From Oceanispirochaeta sp. (GTDB taxonomy: Bacteria; Spirochaetota; Spirochaetia; DSM-2461): a DNA stretch of 64,000 nt. The notes under the pieces are model-generated. The model was not told where the DNA came from. It saw nothing but the letters and a program-made list of their open reading frames with translations, and made no database searches. Shown here piece after piece: positions 29,434 to 39,299 of the stretch. Made by a program: the position numbers and the translations under genes. Location of the stretch: the NCBI GenBank assembly GCA_963666275.2, contig CAXXOA010000001.1, positions 1,376,001 through 1,440,000 on the forward strand. The letters run 5' to 3'. Each line of letters opens with the position of its first letter. The first letter of the stretch is position 1.

Positions 29434-31074
29434 CTAATCCTGGCTGATCTCATCCACAACTCTGAGGACTTCCGGAAGCAGCTGCTTTTTCCGGGAAAGA
29501 ATTCCCGGCAGATCATAAAGGTTGTCCTGAAGCTTTTTGTAGATAAGGGACTCTTCCCCTTCGGGAAAGCTTGTGCACAGAAGATAGCTGTACTCTTTCA
29601 TCACATTGGTAATGAGGATCATGGTCCAGTCCAGATGATTCTCCCTGCGCAGCTGTTCCAGAGCATCCAGGAAACTCTCTTTCATCTCCTCCACGTCCTC
29701 CAGGGTCATCACTTCCGCCTGGGATATTCCTATATTGATGGGGCCCCTGTAGGTTTTGAAGTCGCTCTTCAGAACAGTCAGAGGGTCACCGTCGCTGAGG
29801 GAGGAGTTCTGGCTGAACAGCTCCCGTCCGAAACTCTCCAGATCCACTTCGGCTATTGCCAGCAGCTCTTTCACGGTTTCCCTGTCTGTATCTGTTGTGG
29901 TGGGAGATTTGAGGATCACTGTATCCGAAAGGATCCCCGAAAGGAGAAGCTGGGCTATTTCCTTGTCCACGGGAATGGAAAACATCTTGTAGTGGACATA
30001 GACAATGGTACAGGTGCTTCCCACAGGGCGGGCGTAAACATAGATGGGTTCTCTGGTACTGCTGTTTCCCAGTCTGTGGTGATCCAGGATCTCCAGGATC
30101 TCGGTCTGATCCGCCCCGGGAATGCTCTGACTCAGTTCATTGTGGTCCATCAGGATCAGCTTCTTCCGGGGTTTCTCTATAAAGCAGCGTCTTGTGACTA
30201 TCCCGGCAAACTGATTGTCCGAAAAAACCGGCAGACCTCTGAGGGTGGAATTGACAAGTGTCTTTTTCGCATCATCATAGCTCTGATCACTGCTGACCCT
30301 CATGGGATTGGTATTGATCACATTCTTCAGAGGCGTACTGAGTCTCAGCAGCCGGATTGTTTCAGCCGTATCGCTATGGGAGATAAAAAGGGTACCCTTG
30401 TATTCGCTGAAATCCAGGGGGATTTCCTCATCCTTTGCCATTCCCGTCAGGATGATCCCCGGGAACTGCTCTTTTATGGCATATTCCAGGATATCCTCTC
30501 TCAGGCCAATGACAAGAAGGGGTTTCAGGGGGAGCAGTTTATTGATCCTGTCCCGGCTGATCTCATAGGGCATGGCGCCGGTCATGATGGGCGCTTCAAA
30601 CTCCTGATCATCTCCTCTGCGATAGAAATAACCGGGAAGAACCCTTTTAAAGTTGTTGATTCTGAACAGATAGGTGGGTCTGTTCTGCAGATTGTCGTTG
30701 ATAAGGAAGCCCGAGATCTCGTGGAGGCTTATGGTTCCCTTGAAATCCGCTTCATCCCTGAAGACAGGGATAAGGCTGAGGTTCTCTTCATCCAGCCGTT
30801 TTATGGCGGAGAATACAGGATCATTTTCATCCAGTGTGGGTATATCTCTTTTGGCTACATCCGAAACCTGCGGCGTGATATCCCTCATCAATCGGGGAGG
30901 TGTAATCCCCAGGTTCTGGAATACCATTTTTGTCTGATTGTTCAGACGGCCGCAGCGAATGGGGATGTAATGGTTTGAACTGTCTATCTGATTTTTCAGA
31001 ACACTGTAGCAGTAGGCACTGCATACCGAATCCATGTCCGGGTTTTTATGTCCTGTAATATATATGTCTGCCAG
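29434..31074 (-). CDS. ppaC: family II Mn-dependent inorganic pyrophosphatase with CBS and DRTGG domains
   Basis: GHKNPDMDS, DHN, DHH, GSTCTI, ILSDT, SRKKQ plus central insert; start uncertain (31074 or 31095). Confidence 0.92.
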   Translation of the reverse strand: MADIYITGHKNPDMDSVCSAYCYSVLKNQIDSSNHYIPIRCGRLNNQTKMVFQNLGITPPRLMRDITPQVSDVAKRDIPTLDENDPVFSAIKRLDEENLSLIPVFRDEADFKGTISLHEISGFLINDNLQNRPTYLFRINNFKRVLPGYFYRRGDDQEFEAPIMTGAMPYEISRDRINKLLPLKPLLVIGLREDILEYAIKEQFPGIILTGMAKDEEIPLDFSEYKGTLFISHSDTAETIRLLRLSTPLKNVINTNPMRVSSDQSYDDAKKTLVNSTLRGLPVFSDNQFAGIVTRRCFIEKPRKKLILMDHNELSQSIPGADQTEILEILDHHRLGNSSTREPIYVYARPVGSTCTIVYVHYKMFSIPVDKEIAQLLLSGILSDTVILKSPTTTDTDRETVKELLAIAEVDLESFGRELFSQNSSLSDGDPLTVLKSDFKTYRGPINIGISQAEVMTLEDVEEMKESFLDALEQLRRENHLDWTMILITNVMKEYSYLLCTSFPEGEESLIYKKLQDNLYDLPGILSRKKQLLPEVLRVVDEISQD

Positions 31075-31136
31075 AGTTTTCTCCTTTAGTTTCATTTTAT
31101 GGGTAAAATCATACCGGGAATAAGGCCATCTGTCTA

Positions 31137-31781
31137 TCAATCAGGGATCTCATAAGCCCTGGCTTCCTCTTTGAGCAGATGACTGGAAAGCCAGCGGGGA
31201 GCATGCCCCTCTTCGGCGTTTCTTGCTCTCATGGGATCATTCACATCGAGGTCGTCGGGCTGCAGGAGGTTCATTTTGGCCAGGATGATTCCCTTTCTGT
31301 AATTGTGATGGATATAGCGGATATTCCCCAGGGAGTCGGTGCTGACGACCATTCCCACATGGGTCAGTTCATCATTGATCCTGCCGTCTCCGTTGTGGTC
31401 ATAGGTGTCATCCCAGAAGAGAAGATCTCCCGGACGGGGGTAATCGGTTCTGTAGAGAAGGTCAAGATCGCCCATATAGGCATAGAGCCTCTGAACACCC
31501 CCGCCCTGATACAGGTTGAAACTTTCTGCCAGATCGATACCGGAGCGGTAGTAAATGGCAAGGACAACCCCTGTACAGTCCAGATTGAACTGTCTGTCCC
31601 TGACTCTGAGGGTATTTTTTCCCAGGGCCCACTGGGCGGAGTCTATCAGTTTCATCTGCACCGGGCTGACAGTGCCGTCCGGAACGGAGGCTTCCGGAAT
31701 ATTCCTCTCCGGCAGAGCACCCCCGGTGGCACAGGCTCCCAGGAGGAAAATCAACAAAGGCAAACTCATGAGCTTTTTCAT
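31137..31781 (-). CDS. NlpC/P60-family lipoprotein
   Basis: lipobox LLGAC; DCTG, PGDLLFW, THVGMV. Confidence 0.8.
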   Translation of the reverse strand: MKKLMSLPLLIFLLGACATGGALPERNIPEASVPDGTVSPVQMKLIDSAQWALGKNTLRVRDRQFNLDCTGVVLAIYYRSGIDLAESFNLYQGGGVQRLYAYMGDLDLLYRTDYPRPGDLLFWDDTYDHNGDGRINDELTHVGMVVSTDSLGNIRYIHHNYRKGIILAKMNLLQPDDLDVNDPMRARNAEEGHAPRWLSSHLLKEEARAYEIPD

Positions 31782-31875
31782 CTGACCATCCTTTCCTTAA
31801 AAGGGGGTTGGGAAATACTGGTATCTATTGTAGTTTTACTCATAACCAGTGTAAAGAGTTGCCAGGAGGATCAGA

Positions 31876-32670
31876 ATGGATTACAGGGTCAGTCTAAGGA
31901 AAATGTCTACCGCTCCAGGACATCCCATACAATATAGGATGGAAAGCGATCAGGGGGAGATTCTGATCAATGAATGGATAGGCCGGGAGATCTCACTCTT
32001 TTTCGACGGGACCATCCACTGTGTGGTCTGCGGAAAGAGAATTCCCAAAACCTTTGCCCAGGGGAGCTGTTACGACTGTTTCAGAAATGCGCCGGAAAAT
32101 GCCGAGTGCATTATCCGGCCTGAACTCTGCCGTGCCCATCTGGGAGAGGGGAGGGACCCCGCCTGGGAGGAGAAACACCATAACCGGCCGCACTTTGTCT
32201 ATCTGGCCCTTTCCAGTGCCGTAAAAGTCGGAGTGACCAGGGAAGATCAGATCCCCACCCGCTGGATCGATCAGGGAGCCAGTGAGGGACTGATTCTGGC
32301 CCGCTGCCCCAACCGTTATGAGGCGGGAAAGCTGGAAGTCTATCTGAAGGACTTTTTTACAGACCGTACCAACTGGCGCAGGATGCTGAAAAATGAAGTA
32401 TCCGGTCAGTCCCTGTCTGAAGTGAAAAAGGATCTGATCCCCCGGATAGCCGGAGACTTCCGGACCTTCATTTCAGAGGACAGCGAACCGGTTGTTCTGG
32501 ATTTCCCGGTGGAGGCCTATCCTGAAAAAGTGAAATCTCTGAATCTTCTGAAATCACCTGTATTTCAGGGAGTCCTGTCCGGTGTGAAGGGACAGTACTT
32601 TCTGTTTGAGGACGGGACCGTATGGAATGTCCGTTCCCACAGCGGATTTGAAGTTCTTTTCAGGCTCTAG
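31876..32670 (+). CDS. DUF2797-like zinc-binding protein
   Basis: CVVCG...CYDC, HFVYLA...KVGVTR...RWIDQGA. Confidence 0.8.
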   Translation: MDYRVSLRKMSTAPGHPIQYRMESDQGEILINEWIGREISLFFDGTIHCVVCGKRIPKTFAQGSCYDCFRNAPENAECIIRPELCRAHLGEGRDPAWEEKHHNRPHFVYLALSSAVKVGVTREDQIPTRWIDQGASEGLILARCPNRYEAGKLEVYLKDFFTDRTNWRRMLKNEVSGQSLSEVKKDLIPRIAGDFRTFISEDSEPVVLDFPVEAYPEKVKSLNLLKSPVFQGVLSGVKGQYFLFEDGTVWNVRSHSGFEVLFRL

Positions 32671-32758
32671 TGGGGGTTTTAGGGGCTTAAAAAGGGAGTC
32701 CCATAAAAAATAGTTGACCCTTTATCAAAAACAGGTGAGTATGAATTGAAGGACTCTC

Positions 32759-33970
32759 ATGACAGCTCAGCAAATGACAGAAAAACCGAAGGATACTATC
32801 AATTTCTCTGCCAGTTATTTCAGTGAATCCCGGCAGCCCCTGGATCTACCGGTCAATCTGGTGCTGAATACCATGGGGCTGGATATCATGAATATCCGGG
32901 AGTCCCGGAAAGAGACATCCCCCTCGGGGTATGAGATCCTTCTGAAAGAGTATAAACCCGATCTTATACAGAAACTTATGGTCCAGAACTGCCTTCATCG
33001 GATTGATATCTCCCTGGATGATATCAGAACGGCCCGCAAAGAGGTTCTTGACCTGACCAAACTTGTTCTGTTTTCCCAGCTGTATAATCAGTTCCGCAGA
33101 GAAGTCTTTGAAATGACAGTCTCTTCTCCGCTTATCCTTCAGTGGAACCGGCAGAACCCCCGTAAACAGATCGATTCCCATTCGGACCAGTCTCTTATGA
33201 GGATGGAAGACTCTCTCAGCAAACGGACCGGTGAAGTGAATCTGTTCCGTCAGGAGATCATGAAAAGGCTCTGGGCCGATCACGGCTATCTCTTCAAGGG
33301 GGATGACGACCATCAGAAAAGGATGGGCATGGCAGGAAAGCTGCTCAGTCATATTCACCCCTTCACTCAGACTGTCCTTCTCGATTATGCCAAGATGGAG
33401 GATGTGATAAAACTCCGGGCCCGGATAATCGATACGATTGCCCTCTATCTGAAACGCTACTGTCTGCCCGAATACAATGCTCTGGTCCTTCTGGAGTATC
33501 TGCAGTGTTCCGAAAGAGAGAATCTGACCGCCCAGTACAGAAGGATCATGGAATCCAACGGCAGAGAGGTCTCCGAGTTTCCCATGAACGGGATGATCCG
33601 CAAAGAGCTTATACGGAGAAAAATATCTCCCCGGACCCGGTTCAGTTTCCTTTTTGAAAACCGCAGCAGTCAGTCCCGTGGCAGGATAAGCCGGGTGAGG
33701 ATGGTTGTTCTCAGCGGTGAAAGGGAAATCCGCCGGGTGAATGACATTCTTTTCAACAGAAAAACCGCACTGACTCTGAAAAAAAGTATCAAAGATTACC
33801 TGATGAGAAACGAAAGCACTTCGGGAGAGGCCTTTAATCCTGAAATACTTCACTACTATATGAATCACCTGAAAGAGGAGTGCAGAGAGACCGGCTGCGG
33901 TTTTACCTCTTTTGTCAATTATGACGATGACCATACAGTCTCTCTTACCCATCTAATCTTTGATTGCTGA
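32759..33970 (+). CDS. hypothetical protein (403 aa)
   Basis: long ORF with AAGGA RBS; no motif recognised. Confidence 0.7.
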   Translation: MTAQQMTEKPKDTINFSASYFSESRQPLDLPVNLVLNTMGLDIMNIRESRKETSPSGYEILLKEYKPDLIQKLMVQNCLHRIDISLDDIRTARKEVLDLTKLVLFSQLYNQFRREVFEMTVSSPLILQWNRQNPRKQIDSHSDQSLMRMEDSLSKRTGEVNLFRQEIMKRLWADHGYLFKGDDDHQKRMGMAGKLLSHIHPFTQTVLLDYAKMEDVIKLRARIIDTIALYLKRYCLPEYNALVLLEYLQCSERENLTAQYRRIMESNGREVSEFPMNGMIRKELIRRKISPRTRFSFLFENRSSQSRGRISRVRMVVLSGEREIRRVNDILFNRKTALTLKKSIKDYLMRNESTSGEAFNPEILHYYMNHLKEECRETGCGFTSFVNYDDDHTVSLTHLIFDC

Positions 33971-34056
33971 AAACCTGTTTCTGCTTGGCAGGCTCCGCTA
34001 TAATTGCTATCTTGGTAAATAATCACACAACTAAAAAATCAATCAGGGAAGTTAAC

Positions 34057-35877
34057 ATGCAAAAAAAGGAAATAAGACGTGCAATCATAATGGTCTTCAT
34101 TCTTCTCGGAGCCTCTCCTCTCTTTGCCAGCGGCGCTGTCGAAGCGGGGCTGACTGAGTTGATGACAGAGCTTGTTTTTAATATCGGGGTCATACTGTTC
34201 GCCGCCCGTCTGGGTGGGTATCTTATGAAAAAGATCAATATGCCTTCCGTCCTGGGAGAGCTTATGATGGGTGTCATTATAGGCCCCTATCTGCTGGGGG
34301 GGATCGCTTTGCCCGGTTTTCCTGAAGGACTGTTCCGGGTTGCCGACGGCAGTATCCCCATCTCTCCGGAACTCTATGGTATCGCCACCATCGCCTCGAT
34401 CATCCTGCTGTTTCATGCGGGTCTGGAAACGGACCTTTCCCTGTTCCTCAGGTTTTCCATCAAAGGAGCGGTCATCGGTATCGGCGGTGTTATCGTTTCC
34501 TTTCTGTCCGGTGCCTGGGCGGGAAGCCTTATCACAGGGACATATATTTTCGGTCCGGTCAACCTCTTTCTGGGGGTCCTTTCCATTGCGACGTCCGTAG
34601 GAATCACGGCCAGAATCCTGTCGGATCAGAGGAAGATGGATTCTCCCGAAGGTGTTACCATCCTGGCGGCGGCGGTTATCGATGATGTGCTTGGTATCAT
34701 CATCCTGGCTATCGTTCTCGGAATTACTTCGGTTATCGCCGATAACGGCGGAAGTATTCACTGGGGGCATATCGGCAGGATTGCTCTGAAAGCCATAGGC
34801 GTCTGGCTGGGAACCACCGCTGTGGGCCTTCTGTTTGCCAGAAAAATCGGAAACACCCTTAAGGTTTTCCGTTCTGAAACGACCATTGCCATTATGAGTC
34901 TGGGACTGGCTCTTCTCCTCTCGGGTATTTTCGAAAAGGCGGGACTGGCAATGATCATCGGTGCCTATGTTATGGGGCTCTCTCTCTCTCGGACAGATCT
35001 GAGTTTTGTCATTCAGGAGAAGCTCCACCCTCTGCAGGAATTCTTTGTTCCCGTCTTCTTCTGTGTTATGGGTATGCTCGTCAATATTCATGAAGTCCTT
35101 AAACCCGAGATTCTGACCTTCGGACTTCTCTTCTCATTGGTGGGGATTCTGGCCAAAATCATAGGATGCGGATTTCCCTCGCTTTTTATGAACTTCAATA
35201 TGAGAGGCGCTCTGAGAATCGGTGTCGGCATGGTTCCCAGAGGGGAAGTGGCCCTGATCATCGCCGGTATAGGAATTGCCAACGGGATCCTCAATGACAG
35301 CCTTTTCGGTGTGGCCATTTTTATGACTCTCTTTACGACCCTTGTCCCGCCGCCCCTGCTCACATTCCTGCTGAAAAACGGGAAGAAAGGAACTAAAACG
35401 GAGATGAAGGGATCTGATTCGGTCAACACGGTCTTCCATTTCCCCTCCCGGGAAATGACCCAGATGGCCATTGAAAATGTAATCCAGTCATTGAAGGATG
35501 AGGGCTTTTATGTCTTTGAAATCGACGTGGAGGATCATCTTGTTTTCCAGGTACGGAAGGATGATATCTTCTATGTCTTTCATGAGTATGAAAGCCATCT
35601 GGATGTCAACTCGGATCCCGTGGATGTACACTATCTGAAAACCATTGTCTATGAGTCTCTCCTTGAGATGCATGAAACCATCAATAAGCTCAAAGACCTT
35701 GCCAGGCCGGAAACCCTGAAAGAGGGAATGCTCGACCTCGGTTCCGATCAGGTAACCCGGGTCCAGGATGATCATCTGAAAAATATCCATGAGAGCTGTA
35801 TCAAGCTGAATCTGGAAAGCAATGACAAGGACAGCCTCTTATCGAAATGGTTCAGCTCCTCAGTAATTCCGGGCTGA
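34057..35877 (+). CDS. CPA2 cation:proton antiporter; N-terminal part of a probably frameshifted antiporter-PTS EIIA fusion
   Basis: AGLETD, ATSVGIT, AAVIDDV, GMVPRGEVA. Confidence 0.88.
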   Translation: MQKKEIRRAIIMVFILLGASPLFASGAVEAGLTELMTELVFNIGVILFAARLGGYLMKKINMPSVLGELMMGVIIGPYLLGGIALPGFPEGLFRVADGSIPISPELYGIATIASIILLFHAGLETDLSLFLRFSIKGAVIGIGGVIVSFLSGAWAGSLITGTYIFGPVNLFLGVLSIATSVGITARILSDQRKMDSPEGVTILAAAVIDDVLGIIILAIVLGITSVIADNGGSIHWGHIGRIALKAIGVWLGTTAVGLLFARKIGNTLKVFRSETTIAIMSLGLALLLSGIFEKAGLAMIIGAYVMGLSLSRTDLSFVIQEKLHPLQEFFVPVFFCVMGMLVNIHEVLKPEILTFGLLFSLVGILAKIIGCGFPSLFMNFNMRGALRIGVGMVPRGEVALIIAGIGIANGILNDSLFGVAIFMTLFTTLVPPPLLTFLLKNGKKGTKTEMKGSDSVNTVFHFPSREMTQMAIENVIQSLKDEGFYVFEIDVEDHLVFQVRKDDIFYVFHEYESHLDVNSDPVDVHYLKTIVYESLLEMHETINKLKDLARPETLKEGMLDLGSDQVTRVQDDHLKNIHESCIKLNLESNDKDSLLSKWFSSSVIPG

Positions 35878-36245
35878 TTACAAACTTTGATGAATGTGTT
35901 CAGGCTGTAAGGGAACGGGAAGCCTCCATGAGTACGGGTATGCAGCATGGAATCGCGATCCCCCATGGGAAAACAGACGGCGTTAAAAGCCTTGCTGTTG
36001 CTATCGGACTGAAAAAAGAGGGGGTAGAGTTCAATGCCCTGGACGGTCAGGACTCCAAAATCTTCATTATGACCATTTCACCCAAAAATGCGGCTGGTCC
36101 CCATATTCAGTTTCTCTCGTCGATCAGCGCCATTATGAATAAACCCGGTTTTACCGAAGAACTGCTCAATTGTGCTTCCGAAGCGGAAGTGAAGGAACTT
36201 CTGGTTCAGGCCGGAAAGGAAAGCAGCAAAGAGAAAACTCTCTGA
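35847..36245 (+). CDS. PTS EIIA (Fru/Ntr-type) domain
   Basis: REREASMSTG...GIAIPHGK; domain start appears to lie in the upstream frame. Confidence 0.85.
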   Translation: MVQLLSNSGLITNFDECVQAVREREASMSTGMQHGIAIPHGKTDGVKSLAVAIGLKKEGVEFNALDGQDSKIFIMTISPKNAAGPHIQFLSSISAIMNKPGFTEELLNCASEAEVKELLVQAGKESSKEKTL

Positions 36246-36271
36246 TATTGAAGGGAATTCCCCCTGAAAAT

Positions 36272-36305
36272 AAAAAAGCCTCCGGACCAGATCCCGGAGG
36301 CTTTT
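36272..36305. terminator. bidirectional intrinsic terminator
   Basis: AAAAGCCTCCGG-accagatc-CCGGAGGCTTTT between convergent genes. Confidence 0.85.
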
Positions 36306-36329
36306 CTTTATTCGACACCCGGCAGGAAA

Positions 36330-37028
36330 TTAATCCTGCACATCTTCAGGGATGCGGCCTCTTTTTTTGAGAGACACAGCCCAGTAGATAAACGGGGTAT
36401 CCATGGCAGCGACAATCCATTTAATCACATAGGTGGAGAGGAGTATCTCTATCAGCACGGGAACCGGAAAAGAACCGGCAAAAGCAACCAGAGTGAAAAC
36501 AACCGAATCCAGAAGCTGACTCACCATGGTGCTGGCATTATTTCTGAGCCAGATCAGTCTGGTGGAGGGCCATTTCTTTTTCCAGAACTGGTAAGCCCAG
36601 ACATCGTGGGTCTGGGAGACTCCGAAGGCCAGAAGGCTGGCAAAAGCAATCCTGGGCATGAAGCCGAAAATATCCTTTAAAGGACTGTTGGCCCAGTCAT
36701 CGCCGGCGGGAATGAACCACAGGGCAAACTGGAAAAGCAGGGTTGAGGCAATCAGAGCCATAAATCCCATAAGCACCGCTTTGGACGCTGATTTCTTTCC
36801 ATAGTTTTCCGACAGTATATCCGTCACCAGAAAGGATGAGGCATAGACAATATTTCCCAGGGTGGCACTGATGCCGAACAGGTCGATCAGTTTGAGTACC
36901 TGTATGTTGGCAACAATAACAGCCAGGGGAATCCAGATGTAGAGCCCGGTCTTTCCCAGGACTCTGTAAAAAAGTAGAATTGAGAGGAAGTTCACCAGCA
37001 GCATGGCGAACCATAGAAGTTCATTCAT
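36330..37028 (-). CDS. queuosine precursor transporter (YhhQ/VUT family)
   Basis: ANIQVLK, TDILSENYGK, RIAFAS, WLRNNASTMVSQLLDS, DTPFIY. Confidence 0.9.
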   Translation of the reverse strand: MNELLWFAMLLVNFLSILLFYRVLGKTGLYIWIPLAVIVANIQVLKLIDLFGISATLGNIVYASSFLVTDILSENYGKKSASKAVLMGFMALIASTLLFQFALWFIPAGDDWANSPLKDIFGFMPRIAFASLLAFGVSQTHDVWAYQFWKKKWPSTRLIWLRNNASTMVSQLLDSVVFTLVAFAGSFPVPVLIEILLSTYVIKWIVAAMDTPFIYWAVSLKKRGRIPEDVQD

Positions 37029-37127
37029 TATAGAATATCTCCCAGTTTTGATTCTGAACCGGAGCCCTGGGGCCCGGAGCAAAAGGCGGGTAAAATCTGG
37101 CACCGCCTGTGCGGATTAACAATCCGA
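37029..37127 (-). ncRNA. candidate preQ1-III-like riboswitch leader
   Basis: two hairpins whose loops can pair downstream, the second over the RBS; controlled gene is a Q-precursor transporter; promoter TTGCCA-17-TATTAT at 37162-37134. Confidence 0.55.
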
Positions 37128-37336
37128 GGATCCATAATAATGACTCTCTCAGGGTCTGGCAAGAGTCAGATGAGGGCTTTTGGGGAGGAATCGGTATAAA
37201 AATATGCCCTGAACCGAGGGGGCCGGGCCCTCCCGGCCGTTATCCGGATCCTGTCTCAGGGAGAAACCCTTCCCGCCAAGACCCGTTCCCGGGCATCTGT
37301 CAGGTAATTATTTTTTCCTATAGCACTTATGTGCCT

Positions 37337-37365
37337 TTGACAGAGAGCCTTGATTCTCATATGAT
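37337..37365 (+). promoter_or_regulatory. sigma70-type promoter of the DEAD helicase
   Basis: TTGACA-17-TATGAT. Confidence 0.75.
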
Positions 37366-37425
37366 ACAGGGATATTTTGTGCCAGCTACCCACAAATCGA
37401 ACTATTTATATTTTAAGGAAAATTA

Positions 37426-39189
37426 TTGAAATTTACAGAACTGAATCTGAATGAGGCCATTCAGAAAGCAATTGCTGGTATGGGTTTTGAAGAACCCACG
37501 CCCATTCAGGCAAAATCCATTCCGACGGTATTGGAGTCGGAAAATGATATTATCGGTCTGGCTCAGACCGGAACAGGAAAAACCGCAGCCTTCGGACTGC
37601 CTCTCCTTCAGAAAACCGATCTTCAGAGCTCTGCAACACAGGGAGTTATCCTCTGTCCCACAAGAGAACTCTGCCTTCAGATTTATAATGAAATGTCCAA
37701 CTTTGGAAAGTATTCCAAAGGTTTGAATATGACCCCGGTTTACGGCGGTCAGGATATGGGAGCCCAGATCCGATCCATTAAAAGGGGAAGTCAGATTCTG
37801 ATAGCCACCCCGGGTCGCCTTGCAGACCTGATTAAACGGGGTGTCGCCCGACTTGAAGATGTCCGCTATCTGGTTCTGGATGAAGCAGACATCATGCTGA
37901 ATATGGGGTTCCGGGATGAACTGGATCAGATCCTCTCATCTCTTCCCAGAGAAAGACAGACCCTGCTTTTTTCTGCCACCATGCCGAAAGAAGTCGCCCG
38001 GATCGCCAGAGAGTACATGCAGGATCCCTCTGAAATAACGGTGGGCGATAAAAATGTCGGAACAGACACGATTGAACACTACTACTATCTTGTCCAGCAG
38101 AGAGACAGGTACAACGCTCTGAAACGGCTTGTGGATTTCAATCCGGATATATACGGACTGATTTTCTGCCGGACCCGGGCGGATACCCAGATCATTGCGG
38201 ATAAAATGCTCAAAGACGGGTATAACGTGGATGCCCTCCATGGTGATATGTCCCAGCAGCAGCGGGAATATGTGATGAAGAAATTCCGTGATCAGAGCCT
38301 CCAGCTCCTTGTGGCTACGGATATTGCCGCCAGAGGACTGGATGTGAACAATCTGACTCACGTTATTCACTATGAACTTCCCGATGAAACAGAAGCCTAT
38401 AACCATAGAAGCGGCAGAACCGGACGTGCCGGTCGCAGGGGAACTTCCTGTGCCATCATCAATATGAGAGAAAAATACAAGATCAAAAGGATTGAAAACA
38501 TCCTGGGTCGAAAAATTCTCCAGGCACCCGTTCCTCTGGGTGAGGATATCTGTGAGCAGCAGCTGATGCATCTGATTGACCGTGTGCATAACGTAGTGGT
38601 TGACGAAGAGCAGATCGCTCCCTTTGTGGAAATCATCGAGGATAAGCTGAAAGGTCTGAACAGGCAGACCCTGCTGAAACATTTTATCTCTCTGGAATTC
38701 AACCGTTTTCTCCAGTATTACGGTAACGAACCGGATCTGATGCCTATCAGGGCTGAAAGGACAAGAGACTCCCGTGACAGGGACGGCGGCAGGAGAGGAA
38801 ACAGCCGGGACGGTGACTGGAAGAAGAGGGATGATAATATCCGCTATACCCACATCAATCTGAATCTGGGTCATAAAGACAGGATTACGCCTCCCCATCT
38901 GATCAGTCTCATCAACCGCAATACCAAAGGAACTCAGGTTCCCATCGGTCGGATTGATATCGGTCCCACCAAGTCGTCTATCCAGGTGGCTTCCGAGTTT
39001 GCTTCGCTGGTGGAAGAGTCTCTGAAGAGAGTTCCCTTCGGAGAAAAGAGGATCAAGCTCTCTGTTCATCAGTCAGACGGTCCCTCTAGGCCCTCCTCCC
39101 ATAGCCATCCCGGATCCTTCAAAAATAAGAATGGACGCCGCAAGGGCGGAGCAAAACCCAGAAAAAGCAGTCCCGGTCGGAAATCCTGA
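37426..39189 (+). CDS. DEAD-box RNA helicase (DeaD/CsdA-like)
   Basis: AQTGTGKT, PTREL, DEAD, SAT, HRSGRTGRAG; C-terminal RNA-binding domain; TTG start. Confidence 0.95.
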   Translation: MKFTELNLNEAIQKAIAGMGFEEPTPIQAKSIPTVLESENDIIGLAQTGTGKTAAFGLPLLQKTDLQSSATQGVILCPTRELCLQIYNEMSNFGKYSKGLNMTPVYGGQDMGAQIRSIKRGSQILIATPGRLADLIKRGVARLEDVRYLVLDEADIMLNMGFRDELDQILSSLPRERQTLLFSATMPKEVARIAREYMQDPSEITVGDKNVGTDTIEHYYYLVQQRDRYNALKRLVDFNPDIYGLIFCRTRADTQIIADKMLKDGYNVDALHGDMSQQQREYVMKKFRDQSLQLLVATDIAARGLDVNNLTHVIHYELPDETEAYNHRSGRTGRAGRRGTSCAIINMREKYKIKRIENILGRKILQAPVPLGEDICEQQLMHLIDRVHNVVVDEEQIAPFVEIIEDKLKGLNRQTLLKHFISLEFNRFLQYYGNEPDLMPIRAERTRDSRDRDGGRRGNSRDGDWKKRDDNIRYTHINLNLGHKDRITPPHLISLINRNTKGTQVPIGRIDIGPTKSSIQVASEFASLVEESLKRVPFGEKRIKLSVHQSDGPSRPSSHSHPGSFKNKNGRRKGGAKPRKSSPGRKS

Positions 39190-39299
39190 TATTTTAAAGA
39201 CTCCCGGTTAAGAAAAATTTTCAGATTCCGATGATGTAATTAGGAACAGCAGCCCTTGTGCTGCTTTCCTGATACAACATTCAGGGAGAATCTGAGAAC

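Noticed and set aside
35830..35850. Programmed ribosomal frameshift
   Set aside because: No slippery heptamer or homopolymer at the junction
37156..37303. SRP RNA, cobalamin or lysine riboswitch, or canonical 6S RNA
   Set aside because: Signature motifs not seen and the element is short for 6S; kept only as an unclassified candidate
37109..37429. 106-aa plus-strand ORF
   Set aside because: Spans two promoters and structured sequence, no RBS, atypical composition
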